From Candidatus Yanofskybacteria bacterium (GTDB lineage Bacteria > Patescibacteriota > Minisyncoccia > 2-02-FULL-40-12 > GWA2-44-9): DNA of 64,000 nucleotides. Where the stretch lies: the NCBI GenBank assembly GCA_020852375.1, contig JADZAY010000019.1, positions 15,319 through 79,318 on the forward strand, read 5' to 3'. The position numbers and the translations under genes were made by a program. This document shows positions 46,931-57,412 of the stretch, in pieces. Within the stretch, counting starts at the first letter, position 1; each line of letters begins with the position of its first letter. The notes under the pieces are model-generated. The model made no database searches. It saw nothing but the letters and a program-made list of their open reading frames with translations, and was not told the origin of the DNA.

Positions 46931-46952
46931 CAGTTCGCGCTTTCTGTTCGAA

Positions 46953-46974
46953 CAAAAAGCCCCCGAAGGGGCTG
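46953..46974 (-). terminator. Hairpin GCCCC-cgaa-GGGGC with a U-run on the minus strand; it may act in both directions
   Basis: It lies directly after the TGA stop at 46976-46978 of the minus-strand gene. Read on the minus strand, the sequence is GCCCCTTCGGGGGCTTTTTGTTCG. Confidence 0.55.
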
Positions 46975-46975
46975 T

Positions 46976-47290
46976 TCATTTGGGCGAGAGCGCTCTTACC
47001 AGAAGGAACGTTACAAAGAGAGGCGCGGAGATGAGCATCGCGGTCATTCCGACGAGCAAGATGGGGTCGCCTCCGATGAGTGCGCTTGCTGGAAGCCTTG
47101 AGATCCCGATGCCCAGGGACGCACCGGCGACTCCAGTGAGCCACACGAGTGGCAGTGTGCGGTTTTCCGACTGGCAGTCAGCAATGAGACCGAGAAGGAT
47201 CCCCGCCATGGCAGTGCCACCCAAGAAGAATAAGTAGCTGAGCGCTCCTGCGATCAGGAATCCGGCAGTCGCGGGCTTCGGTAGCTTCAC
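46976..47290 (-). CDS. Small membrane protein of about 104 aa, possibly GlsB/YeaQ/YmgE-like
   Basis: The GTG start is preceded by GGAGG. GTG and the upstream TGA stop overlap as GTGA. There are 3 TM helices. Confidence 0.45.
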   Translation of the reverse strand: MKLPKPATAGFLIAGALSYLFFLGGTAMAGILLGLIADCQSENRTLPLVWLTGVAGASLGIGISRLPASALIGGDPILLVGMTAMLISAPLFVTFLLVRALSPK

Positions 47291-47664
47291 GGCATCCTCC
47301 TTTGGGACGGTCGAACCCTTTGCTCTTCGTATGTGATCGTGCAGAGCCAGCGGGCGATCCCCGCATACAGCGCGAGGATCGTTACGAGTGCCAAGAGGTC
47401 CCATCGCTGCCCCATGAATCCCAGAAAAAGGGTCTGGGGTAGGGAGCTACTACCAACGGCAGCCAGAATGGCGGGGACCGCGGCGTGCGCCTCGATGCGC
47501 GCCTTCCCAAGGATCCAGGCGACTGCAAGGCTGCCGGCAATGCTTCCGACGACGGGGAGCATGGTGCTGATAGCGGCTCCGATGACGGTGGCACAGGCCG
47601 CCAATTCTGAGCGGCTCATCGCGCTCAGCCGCGTGTGTGCCAATACGGCGGATCGAGCAAGCAT
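47287..47664 (-). CDS. Small membrane protein of 125 aa
   Basis: A hydrophobic ORF whose stop overlaps the start of the downstream small membrane-protein gene. Confidence 0.45.
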   Translation of the reverse strand: MLARSAVLAHTRLSAMSRSELAACATVIGAAISTMLPVVGSIAGSLAVAWILGKARIEAHAAVPAILAAVGSSSLPQTLFLGFMGQRWDLLALVTILALYAGIARWLCTITYEEQRVRPSQRRMP

Positions 47665-47788
47665 AGACGCCTCCTTGTGTTTGTCGAAGGACTCGCGCGA
47701 AGATACCGCATGCCAAACGGGAGGTCAATGGATGTGTTGCGTCATCGGGCAAACTTTGATATAATTTCCGTCGCTTCTCCCCACCGAT

Positions 47789-49642
<1,854 letters not shown>

Positions 49643-49666
49643 AAGCTCGACAGACCGCGATGTTCC

Positions 49667-50026
49667 GTGTACCATCCCCTCAGTTCATATGGGAGCGATG
49701 GTATGGCGCAACCGTGTATCCGGCTAGATGCTATCGGATGCTGCGCGATGGTCCACGCGTTTCTTCGGCACCCGTCGCACATACGCGAATGGGGTAGGGC
49801 AGTCGGGCAGTTCAATACGCTCTACGAGATCTTTACGAACACAAACTCGCTCGTGTTTGCTCCGAATGAGATGGCAGCTGCTGCGTATCGAGCCTTTGCA
49901 CTGGCAGAGATCGCGCGATTGGGTGGCAGTGGTCCCGATCGGCTGATGTGCCGGCATGGTGCGGCGCGACATATTGCCGCACTGAAGGAATTTATTGCTG
50001 CTCTTCCGCGGCAGCGCGCGAACTAA
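49667..50026 (+). CDS. Hypothetical protein of 119 aa
   Basis: An ORF immediately downstream of typA. I recognise no motif. Confidence 0.3.
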   Translation: MYHPLSSYGSDGMAQPCIRLDAIGCCAMVHAFLRHPSHIREWGRAVGQFNTLYEIFTNTNSLVFAPNEMAAAAYRAFALAEIARLGGSGPDRLMCRHGAARHIAALKEFIAALPRQRAN

Positions 50027-50063
50027 CTCCCCCATGACGGGGGAGTTATTGTCTCGTCCGCTC

Positions 50064-51161
50064 TTAGTAGGTCGGGATGCCGTGGCGGTAGATGGTGCCG
50101 AATGTCGTTCCGTTGATGACGACGTCGTATTGTCCTACTGGAGCGGACGCGAGATCGAGAACTGCTCCAGATGAGAATGGCCGTGTTATCTGAACACACG
50201 CTCCGCTGTTCGGACTGACCACTGCCGATGCGGAGACGCCGATGAGAAATTTCCACCCGACTCGTCCGACGGTCACCGGGTCAAGCGTGTAGCACGGGGT
50301 GGGGAGATACCCGGAGAATGTGACCAGTGCTGATGACTGATAAGTGCTGAGTGTCGGGATCTGCGCGCTGGTGACGGTAGCCTGTTGCGAGATGGTGGTC
50401 GTGGTCGGCGTTGGAGTTGGGCACACGAGGACCGGGTCGCAAGGGGCGCGAATACACTGCACCTGCTGGTAGTAGCAGCCCGGAGGAGGTGTTGGCGTAG
50501 TCCCCGGGCACCACCCTTCAACGGGTTCCGGAATGCTACACGATGGTGTTGCGTCGAGGCATACGGGGCGAACTTGGCATGCGCGGCGGAAGTACTGCGG
50601 GATGTCGGCAATACGGGTGTAGGGCGTGATGCTCTTGGGGTAGTAGTCGTCTTCGCGCGAGTTGATGCAGAACACTTTATCAAAGAAGCGGCCATCCTCC
50701 GCACTTGCCTGATCGCCGGTCATTTGCACATGGTGCAGGACGCCATTATCCTCACCGGTCACTTCGGTTGCCCAAACTTTTTGCTCGTTCGTCTCGCAGT
50801 TGCGGAACAATCCGGAGGTTACGAACGAATCGCGAACTGCTGCGGTGACCTGGTGAACCTTTGCGTATCCGCCAAGGTGGCCGTACATACTGAAAATTGC
50901 GGGATTCAGGAAAAGTCGTTTGAATCCGTTATAGTCGCCATAGTTTGCACCGGGTGTCGCGTAGCCTGTGAACCCCTTGAGCTTGATAATAAAGATATCC
51001 GGATCCCCAGCGCTCTGGTTCGCCGAGATGAGATCACCGTCATGGAGCGGGGTGCCGAAGATGTCGACCGTTGCAGGCGGAACGGCGGCGGCGGGGTGTA
51101 CTGCAATGGTGACGATGCTGGCAATGCCGAGCATGAGACCCACGAGGAGGAGTTTTTTCAT
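50064..51161 (-). CDS. Secreted protein of about 365 aa. A signal peptide is followed by a conserved domain of about 140 aa shared with the C-terminus of the giant protein, and then by a Cys-rich, Pro/Thr-rich C-terminal half.
   Basis: The N-terminus is MKKLLLVGLMLGIASIVTIAVHPAAA. The shared-domain blocks are KRLFLNPAIFSMYGHLGG, FRNCETN, VTGEDNG, LHH, FFDKVFCINS and PYT. Confidence 0.65.
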   Translation of the reverse strand: MKKLLLVGLMLGIASIVTIAVHPAAAVPPATVDIFGTPLHDGDLISANQSAGDPDIFIIKLKGFTGYATPGANYGDYNGFKRLFLNPAIFSMYGHLGGYAKVHQVTAAVRDSFVTSGLFRNCETNEQKVWATEVTGEDNGVLHHVQMTGDQASAEDGRFFDKVFCINSREDDYYPKSITPYTRIADIPQYFRRACQVRPVCLDATPSCSIPEPVEGWCPGTTPTPPPGCYYQQVQCIRAPCDPVLVCPTPTPTTTTISQQATVTSAQIPTLSTYQSSALVTFSGYLPTPCYTLDPVTVGRVGWKFLIGVSASAVVSPNSGACVQITRPFSSGAVLDLASAPVGQYDVVINGTTFGTIYRHGIPTY

Positions 51162-51217
51162 ATACCAGTAGTATACGGGCATACCGAGGGCTCACAAGGT
51201 TGTCGGTGGACAATAAA

Positions 51218-51240
51218 CCCCCGAGTTTCCTCGGGGGTGA
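51218..51240 (-). terminator. Hairpin CCCCCGAG-tttc-CTCGGGGG; on the minus strand it is followed by TTTATTG
   Basis: It lies immediately downstream of the minus-strand Cys/His-rich mini-ORF. Confidence 0.4.
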
Positions 51241-51261
51241 GTTCTTCGGCTCATGTCATGC

Positions 51262-51459
51262 CTACTCGATGCCGTGGCATTCGCGGAGGTGGAGGCTGAG
51301 CAGAAGTGGGTGGACGTGGGTGTGGCCGTGTCCGCAGCCGGTGCAACATGGTATGGCGTGGCGGATGCCTGGTTCGAAGTGGCATCTACACATGCAGCGA
51401 TGAGTGCAGTGTGCGGGGGAGCCTTTTTCAACGATCAGGTCGATCGGGCCGCTGCTCAC
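51262..51459 (-). CDS. Small Cys/His-rich protein of about 65 aa, with C-terminus ...HCTHRCMCRCHFEPGIRHAIPCCTGCGHGHTHVHP...; a candidate metal-binding peptide or precursor
   Basis: A GTG start has AAGGAGG 4 nt upstream. Third-position GC is about 80%, whereas the competing plus-strand frames are mixed. A terminator hairpin follows the stop. The C-terminal 45 aa contain 7 Cys and 8 His. Divergent from the HExxH genes. Confidence 0.35.
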   Translation of the reverse strand: MSSGPIDLIVEKGSPAHCTHRCMCRCHFEPGIRHAIPCCTGCGHGHTHVHPLLLSLHLRECHGIE

Positions 51460-51528
51460 GGTGCCTCCTTGACTTATGCCTATTTTCAGTATATCAAGGG
51501 CTAGGTTCTTGCACAAGGAGGGGGACGC

Positions 51529-52083
51529 ATGCTCGGATTGATCGCCGTGATGCTCTTGCAGATCGCTCCGGTAGACGCCCTGCAGCCGGGCGCTCAGTAT
51601 TTCTGGAGCCCGCCCTGCATCGTCCAGAAGTCGGATCCGACCAACCGAGTCGAGCGGTTGTTCGCGAAGCACTTTACGGCATCCGGCGTTACGGTGCGGC
51701 TCGTGCGGTGTCGGCAGCCTGAGGGACGCTTCTCGCCCGTCTTCGCGACCGATCCGATCGAGGGTGTCGGGGTAGTTGCCATCTACAGCGAGGAATTCGA
51801 GGCGCTGACGTTCAGCGAACTCGCACTTGAGGGCCTTGTGGCTCACGAGGTCGCCCACATGACGCTCAAGGCGACGTGTCAGGGCCTCGGAAGCTTAGAG
51901 GAGTACATTTCGTGTGAGTCCGATGTCGACCATGAGGCCGCTCGGCATGCGAGTCCGGCCGCAGTGGAGGCGGCGCTGATCGCGTACCATCGGATGCATC
52001 TCCACATGGCCGCTCAAGCGCTTGCCGAGATCCGTCGACGTCTCATCGATGAGCGCTTGCCGCGGTTGCGGCGGCGGAGGTAG
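51529..52083 (+). CDS. Secreted HExxH zinc-metallopeptidase-like protein (minimal zincin), 184 aa
   Basis: The RBS AGGAGGGGG lies 7 nt before the ATG. A signal-like N-terminus is followed by the HEVAH motif and later by a conserved EH/CE...H block. Confidence 0.55.
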   Translation: MLGLIAVMLLQIAPVDALQPGAQYFWSPPCIVQKSDPTNRVERLFAKHFTASGVTVRLVRCRQPEGRFSPVFATDPIEGVGVVAIYSEEFEALTFSELALEGLVAHEVAHMTLKATCQGLGSLEEYISCESDVDHEAARHASPAAVEAALIAYHRMHLHMAAQALAEIRRRLIDERLPRLRRRR

Positions 52084-52085
52084 CT

Positions 52086-52589
52086 ATGGGATCTGCGTTG
52101 CTGATGGCCATGCTTGCGCTTGCCGAGGCGAACGAGCCGTATCGGATCGATCCTGTGCTGACCGAGCGGGTACAGGCACAGGCGCGGTCGTATGGGCTGG
52201 AGTACCGCGTCGTTGTTGCGGTGGTGCCGTCGTGGAAAGCGCAGGGCAAGGTGCAGGTGGAGACGCGTTTCCGAGGCGGTATCGTCGCCATCCTCGTTAG
52301 CCCCATTCTCTACGAGGAAATGGACGGCGGGGCGTTCAGGGCGATGTTCGCTCACGAGCTTGCACATACGCTTCGTCCGTGCGGGCTTCGTCCATACACA
52401 TCGATCGCCGAGCACAACGCATGTGAGCATGCGGCGGATGCACAGGCGGCCGCGTGGGTGGGGAAGCGGGAAGTCTTGCGCGGATTGTGCCAGGTGAGGG
52501 CGATCGGCTGGGACTGGCGATACAATACCGACGCGACACCGATGAACGAGCGCATCCGGCTCCTGCACAACCGAACGGACATACGGTAA
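52086..52589 (+). CDS. Paralogous HExxH zinc-metallopeptidase-like protein, 167 aa
   Basis: A signal-like N-terminus and a HELAH motif with the same architecture as the upstream gene. The start lies 2 nt after the upstream stop. Confidence 0.55.
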   Translation: MGSALLMAMLALAEANEPYRIDPVLTERVQAQARSYGLEYRVVVAVVPSWKAQGKVQVETRFRGGIVAILVSPILYEEMDGGAFRAMFAHELAHTLRPCGLRPYTSIAEHNACEHAADAQAAAWVGKREVLRGLCQVRAIGWDWRYNTDATPMNERIRLLHNRTDIR

Positions 52590-52630
52590 ACAAAGCCCCG
52601 ATGGAGATCGGGGCTTTTCGTGCCATTGTT

Positions 52631-52969
52631 TCAGATGGCGCCGAGAGCTCGCGCGAGCGCGGCGGTGCCCAGAGCGAGGAAGAGCAGCTGTCGCGGGTAC
52701 CACAGCCACATCCGCGCGTTCACCAGCGACCATCCGCAGGGGACCGTTGTTCCGGCAACGAGCGCCGTACCGCAGGCGAACCAGCCGATAGCGATGAGCG
52801 ACGGCGTGGCCGCGAGACTGCCCAGCGAGACGCACAGCGCGCTGGCGGCGAACACCGCGTTCCACGCGTGGTTGCGGATGGGGCGGTACCGTGTCTGCCA
52901 TCCGAGCATCTTCGCGATGTGGCGGTACAGCTCGCGTACCGCCATCAATGCCATCAATGCGTACACCAT
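52631..52969 (-). CDS. Hypothetical small membrane protein of 112 aa
   Basis: There are 3-4 hydrophobic helices. Same orientation as the downstream pyk gene. Confidence 0.4.
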   Translation of the reverse strand: MVYALMALMAVRELYRHIAKMLGWQTRYRPIRNHAWNAVFAASALCVSLGSLAATPSLIAIGWFACGTALVAGTTVPCGWSLVNARMWLWYPRQLLFLALGTAALARALGAI

Positions 52970-53027
52970 CGGATCCTCCGTGGATACGTTGTATCACGCC
53001 GTTCGCGGTTGCGCCAGCGCCTGGTTC

Positions 53028-53840
53028 CTAGAGCTTGTTCACGTCGCGCTCGTACTTCTCGGCTTCTGTGCACACGCGCTCCATGTAGGTGACGGCCTCG
53101 ACGGGATACTTCCCGCGAGCGGTCTCTTCAGAGAGCATCACGGCGTCGGCGCCCAGGATGATGGCGTATGCGATATCGGTGATCTCTGCGCGGGTCGGCT
53201 CGGGATTTTCCACCATGCTCTTGAGCATTTCGGTGGCGACGATAACGGGGGTGCGATGTTCTTTGCAGTGGTGAACGACGAGCGCCTCGGCGAACGGAAC
53301 CTGCTCGAGCGGGATGCTCTGGCCGAGGTCACCGCGCCCGAGCATAACCGCATCGCTGGCGGCGATGATCTCTTCGATGTTGTCGAGCGCCTCTTTCCGT
53401 TCCACTTTTGCCATAACCTTCGGAAGCCCCTTCTCCGCGGGCACACTGCCGTTTCGCTTTTGTATCTCTTGTCGGAGCTGTTCCACATCCTTTGCCGAGC
53501 CGACGAACGAAAGGCACACATATTCAACCCACTGCGAAAGGCCGAAATCGAGATCAATCAGATCTTTTTCGGTGATGACCTGAATAGCATTCGGGTCCAT
53601 GTGGTGTTCGCTGCCGGTTTGTACACGCGGTCCGGAGAGGTCTTGGATGATGGGGATAACGCGGCCGGCGCGCTTGGCTGCTGCGCGAACGTTCTCGATC
53701 AGAGCTCGGTGCTCATCGTGCGTGCCATGGCTGAAGTTTAGCCGTGCGACATCCATACCGTGCGCGATGAGCGCGTCAAGAACTGCGGGATCCTTTGATG
53801 CGGGACCGATGGTACAGACGATTTGGGTACGAGTGGGCAT
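53028..53840 (-). CDS. pyk: Pyruvate kinase, minimal form: the A-domain barrel only, 270 aa
   Basis: The motifs are TQIVCTIGPAS, VARLNFSHG, DLSGPRVQTG and MLSEETARG. The roughly 100-aa B domain is missing after GPR..TG, and there is no C-terminal domain. Confidence 0.75.
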   Translation of the reverse strand: MPTRTQIVCTIGPASKDPAVLDALIAHGMDVARLNFSHGTHDEHRALIENVRAAAKRAGRVIPIIQDLSGPRVQTGSEHHMDPNAIQVITEKDLIDLDFGLSQWVEYVCLSFVGSAKDVEQLRQEIQKRNGSVPAEKGLPKVMAKVERKEALDNIEEIIAASDAVMLGRGDLGQSIPLEQVPFAEALVVHHCKEHRTPVIVATEMLKSMVENPEPTRAEITDIAYAIILGADAVMLSEETARGKYPVEAVTYMERVCTEAEKYERDVNKL

Positions 53841-53858
53841 AGAGCTATTCTAGCATTC

Positions 53859-54176
53859 CTACTCCCAAAAAATGAGTACAAGAGACGCAACGCCGAACAC
53901 GAACCCGATGAGCTGTGTGCGGGTGACGGTTTCGTTGTACATGCCTACACCGATTAACACGGCAAGAAGCGCCGATACGACCGAGAAAATGACGGCTCCG
54001 CGACCAAGGCCGGAGCCGTTGTGGAGTGCGAACAGCCAGAATGTATTTGCTGCGAGATATGCGGCGAGTGCGCCGGCCGCAAGAAGCGAGCCGCCAACCA
54101 GCGACCATTTTTTCGCCACGATATCAGCGACCAATTCAAAGAATATGAGAATGCCGAGCGGAAGGAGCCATTTCAT
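53859..54176 (-). CDS. Small 4-TM membrane protein of the DMT/SMR-like family (ArnE/EamA-like)
   Basis: A hydrophobic protein of 105 aa whose stop overlaps the eno start region. Confidence 0.5.
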   Translation of the reverse strand: MKWLLPLGILIFFELVADIVAKKWSLVGGSLLAAGALAAYLAANTFWLFALHNGSGLGRGAVIFSVVSALLAVLIGVGMYNETVTRTQLIGFVFGVASLVLIFWE

Positions 54177-55417
54177 GCAAGCAATTCAATGAACCGATTG
54201 TACTTGGCGACGCGCTCGCCGCGCTGAGGGCCACCAGCTTTCACTGCGAAGACTCCGAATGCGACGGCGAGATCGGCAATGAACGAGTCATTCGTCTCGC
54301 CTGAGCGGTGGGACACAATGCACTCGATACCGTTCTCGCGGGCGAGCTTCATAGTGTTCAGAGTTTCGGTGAGGGTCCCCACCTGGTTGACCTTGATGAT
54401 GACGCCAGAGATTGCCTTCTGCTCGATGGCCTGTGTTAGGAATGTTGTGTTCGTAACCGTGAGGTCGTCGCCAACGATAACGGTCGAGCCGTCGTTGAGC
54501 CGTGTAAAATCAGCGAACGCGGTTTCATGGAACGGATCTTCAATGTAGAGGAGCGGGAAATCGCGGATGATACCGCGAAGCTCCGCTTCCAATTCTGCGG
54601 CGGTGTGCGTGCCGGCGTCGTAGGAGTAGCGGTCGGCCGCATCATCGTAGAACGACGATGCGGCAACGTCCATTGCAAGCTTGATACGGCGGTCGAGGTC
54701 GAGCTCCGCGGCGGTCTCCATGAGGAGTGTGAGTGGCGTGCGCACCGAGGGGAGATCGGGGGCGAAGCCGCCCTCGTCGCCGACGTTGGCGTGCACCGCG
54801 CCGTATTCCTTGGCGATCCGTTTCTTGAGCGCATGCATGATGCGCGTCCCGATGTTCATGGCTTCGGCGACGTCATCAACGTCTGGGACGAGCTTGTATT
54901 CCTGGAATGCCAATCGCGTTGCGGCGTGCTTGCCGCCGTTCACGAGGTTCATGCCGAAGTAGGGTGTCCGGCGTCCGGTCGCAGAGCGCGAAATATCGGG
55001 AGCGAGCGAGCGGAGATACTCCGGAAGCGGTGCTCCCAGCGCGACGGCGGCAGCCTTCGCGATGGCGATCGACACGCCGACGATGGCATTGCCCCCGAGC
55101 TTGGATTTATTCGGCGTGCCGTCTATGGCAATCATCCGTTCGTCGATTGCCCGTTGGTCGCGGGCGTCCATGCCGATAAGCGCGTCCGCGAGGTTCACAC
55201 TCACATGGGTCGCTGCTTTCAGAACTCCGGCTCCGCCGAATCGGTTGGCGGTGGCATCGCGCAGCTCGATGGCTTCATGGGTGCCGGTTGATGCACCCGA
55301 GGGGACCCCGAACGAACCCGAACCGCCTTCGCAGGCGATCGTTACTTCGAGCGTCGGGACTCCGCGGGAATCAAGAATCTCGCGTGCGTGAATACCGGTA
55401 ATCGTGGCGCGGGACAT
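54173..55417 (-). CDS. eno: Enolase (phosphopyruvate hydratase)
   Basis: The N-terminus MSRATITGIHAREILDSRGVPTLEV...VPSGASTGTHEAIELRD matches enolase. Only the 3' 1245 nt of the track ORF 54173..56827 are real. The upstream extension runs antisense to genes on the plus strand. Confidence 0.9.
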   Translation of the reverse strand: MSRATITGIHAREILDSRGVPTLEVTIACEGGSGSFGVPSGASTGTHEAIELRDATANRFGGAGVLKAATHVSVNLADALIGMDARDQRAIDERMIAIDGTPNKSKLGGNAIVGVSIAIAKAAAVALGAPLPEYLRSLAPDISRSATGRRTPYFGMNLVNGGKHAATRLAFQEYKLVPDVDDVAEAMNIGTRIMHALKKRIAKEYGAVHANVGDEGGFAPDLPSVRTPLTLLMETAAELDLDRRIKLAMDVAASSFYDDAADRYSYDAGTHTAAELEAELRGIIRDFPLLYIEDPFHETAFADFTRLNDGSTVIVGDDLTVTNTTFLTQAIEQKAISGVIIKVNQVGTLTETLNTMKLARENGIECIVSHRSGETNDSFIADLAVAFGVFAVKAGGPQRGERVAKYNRFIELLA

Positions 55418-55441
55418 GTGTGTTGATTTTAGCATACTCGT

Positions 55442-55777
55442 GTGGTAGAGAAGAGCGTGTGGAGGTGGAGAGTGGACATACTTCGCGACGCCGGTTTTCG
55501 GGAGCGAGCTGTTACGCGGACGCGGAAGCTCGTCGAAGCGGAGATCAGCTCCATTCGCTCGGCGAACTGCCAGCAGAATGCGCAAGCGCACTTCGACGCG
55601 ATCTGGGGCATCCTCGAGGCGGCGTTGCGGCTTACGCTTCTCCCGCACATCGAAAAGAGAGACATCCTGGAGCTGCGCTCTCAGCTGACCCCGTGTGTCG
55701 GCCCGATGTTCATGCTGGGGATGTTCCACGAGGCGGGGGAGCTGACGGCCCGCCATGTGACGAGCATTCTGCCCTAG
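55442..55777 (+). CDS. Hypothetical protein of 111 aa
   Basis: An ORF followed by a strong terminator. I recognise no motif. Confidence 0.35.
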   Translation: MVEKSVWRWRVDILRDAGFRERAVTRTRKLVEAEISSIRSANCQQNAQAHFDAIWGILEAALRLTLLPHIEKRDILELRSQLTPCVGPMFMLGMFHEAGELTARHVTSILP

Positions 55778-55783
55778 CAATAC

Positions 55784-55815
55784 GGCCCGGAAACCACTGT
55801 GTTCCGGGCCTTTTC
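55784..55815 (+). terminator. Rho-independent terminator GGCCCGGAA-N9-TTCCGGGCC followed by TTTTCG...TTTTTT
   Basis: A perfect 9-bp stem with a T-rich tail. Confidence 0.55.
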
Positions 55816-55990
55816 GCACCCCTTGCTTTTTTGTTCGGACCGTGCTATACTTCAATTCAGCGTAGGTATCTCGGCAGCCAGTCGCCTCGTGCGAAGGGTC
55901 TCGACGGGAGGTCGCCCTCACGCAACATACGTGTTTTGTACCGGACCGCGTAACGATATCGTTGCTCGGGACGCACAAAGCGCAGAAGAA

Positions 55991-56287
55991 ATGGCGAACA
56001 AGCTTTACATCGGCAACCTGCCTTACAGCACGACCGGTGAAGAGTTGCAGCAGCAGTTCTCGCAGGCTGGCCAGGTCTCTGAAGCCGTCGTTATGATGGA
56101 CAAGATGACCGGTCGTTCCCGCGGGTTCGGCTTCGTCACCATGGCATCCGATGAGGATGCACAGAAGGCCATTGAGATGTTCAATGGTAAGGACTTCGGC
56201 GGCCGCGCAATCGTGGTCAATGAAGCCCGTCCGATGGAGCAGCGCGCTCCTCGCTCTGACCGTGGTGGCTTCGGTGGCGGATACTAA
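55991..56287 (+). CDS. RRM-type RNA-binding protein of 98 aa, glycine-rich at the C-terminus
   Basis: The RNP-2 motif is LYIGNL and the RNP-1 motif is RGFGFVTM. About 190 nt of leader lie upstream of the ATG at 55991. Confidence 0.8.
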   Translation: MANKLYIGNLPYSTTGEELQQQFSQAGQVSEAVVMMDKMTGRSRGFGFVTMASDEDAQKAIEMFNGKDFGGRAIVVNEARPMEQRAPRSDRGGFGGGY

Positions 56288-56305
56288 TCCGTACCGACTA
56301 CTCAA

Positions 56306-56339
56306 CAGAAGGCGCCCGAAAGGGCGTCTTCTGTTTTTG
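56306..56339 (+). terminator. Rho-independent terminator CAGAAGGCGCCC-gaaa-GGGCGTCTTCTG followed by TTTTTG
   Basis: A perfect 12-bp stem with a T-run. Confidence 0.6.
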
Positions 56340-56362
56340 CTGGAAAGCGCTACACTATTTTC

Positions 56363-56608
56363 ATGCACATCAATACCAAGTTTCGCATTCTCGAGTTCAT
56401 TGTTGCTGGTATTCTGCTCGATCTCGTGGAGAACCTCGTGGTCTTCAAGGTCGCCGCCGGCCGGACACTCGTGCTCGAGGAGATGTTGGTCGCAGTTGCG
56501 GTCATCGTCCCGTTCGCCGCGGTCACCGAACTGGTGATCGATCATCCGCGTTTCTGGCATCGTCTTTTCCGCATGAAGGGGCACAAGTTCGACCATCTGA
56601 AACTCTAG
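56363..56608 (+). CDS. Hypothetical small membrane protein of 81 aa
   Basis: A hydrophobic ORF. Support is weak. Confidence 0.3.
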   Translation: MHINTKFRILEFIVAGILLDLVENLVVFKVAAGRTLVLEEMLVAVAVIVPFAAVTELVIDHPRFWHRLFRMKGHKFDHLKL

Positions 56609-56615
56609 CGAATCC

Positions 56616-57134
56616 ATGATCGTCCTCATCACCGGAAACGGAAAAGGGAAGACGACCGCCGCTATCGGGCAGGCCGTGCGCGCGGTTGGCGATGGGCGGC
56701 GAGCTCTCATGGTGCAGTTCATTAAAGGCCCCTGGCGTTCCGGTGAGGACGATGCGCAGATGCTTCTGCGTCCGTGGTTCAAGATCGTCAAAACGGGGCT
56801 GGGATTCGTGGGTATTCTCGGCGACACCCTGCCGCGGGAGGAGCATGTCCGTGCCGCCCGAGAGGGTCTCGCATTCGCCTACGGGGAGGTCATGAGCGGC
56901 TCCTGGGATCTTGTCATCCTCGATGAAGTGAACAATGCCGTGCATCTCGGCCTTCTCTCGGTCGCCGATGTACTCGAAGTGCTTCGCGCTGTGCCTGATG
57001 GGGTGGACCTTGTCCTGACGGGACGGGATGCCCCTCCAGAATTCATCGAGCGGGCCGATATCGTCTCCGAGGTCATGGAGGTAAAGCATCCCTATCAACA
57101 CGGACAGGAGGGGCAAAAGGGTATTGAGTGGTAA
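56616..57134 (+). CDS. ATP:cob(I)alamin/corrinoid adenosyltransferase, CobO/BtuR/CobA family
   Basis: The P-loop is ITGNGKGKTTAAIG, and the MVQFIKG motif is present. Confidence 0.7.
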   Translation: MIVLITGNGKGKTTAAIGQAVRAVGDGRRALMVQFIKGPWRSGEDDAQMLLRPWFKIVKTGLGFVGILGDTLPREEHVRAAREGLAFAYGEVMSGSWDLVILDEVNNAVHLGLLSVADVLEVLRAVPDGVDLVLTGRDAPPEFIERADIVSEVMEVKHPYQHGQEGQKGIEW

Positions 57135-57143
57135 TATACTGGC

Positions 57144-57404
57144 ATGGCACAATTCACACTTCTCGTAGCGTCGGCGGCGATTGCGGTCTTCGGGTGGGGA
57201 TGGGTGAAGCAGCGCATCATGCCTCGCCCCATGGATCGCGTTCGCATGGAGCAGCAGCTCCAGAAAGAGGGCGTTCTCAAGAGCGACGGGACCATCGCGG
57301 CAGATAAAGAGTTCGATGTCGAGCTGAACGCACTCGCGCGTGAACTGAACGCGCTTGATGCTGATGCGGCTGCGGAGCTGGACGCCACGGCGTCGGTGCA
57401 GTAG
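57144..57404 (+). CDS. Hypothetical small protein of 86 aa
   Basis: An ORF with an N-terminal hydrophobic segment. Confidence 0.3.
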   Translation: MAQFTLLVASAAIAVFGWGWVKQRIMPRPMDRVRMEQQLQKEGVLKSDGTIAADKEFDVELNALARELNALDADAAAELDATASVQ

Positions 57405-57412
57405 GGTGCGGC

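Noticed and set aside
46976-47404. The longer 142-aa version of the small membrane gene, starting at the ATG at 47404
   Set aside because: It would overlap the upstream gene by 118 nt. A GTG with GGAGG at 47290 gives a classic GTGA stop-start overlap instead.
51253-51504. 83-aa plus-strand ORF overlapping the Cys/His-rich minus-strand mini-ORF
   Set aside because: Its third-position composition is mixed, whereas the minus-strand frame has about 80% third-position GC, a strong SD sequence and a downstream terminator.
52022-52997. 327-aa minus-strand ORF antisense to the two HExxH genes
   Set aside because: The Arg-rich translation is typical of an antisense frame in high-GC DNA. It conflicts with the RBS-supported plus-strand genes.
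55418-56827. The 5' 1.4 kb of the 884-aa minus-strand track ORF that ends in enolase
   Set aside because: Only the last 414 codons match enolase. The upstream part runs antisense to a plus-strand ORF (55442..55777) and a well-supported RRM gene, both with terminators, and it has Arg-rich low-complexity translation.
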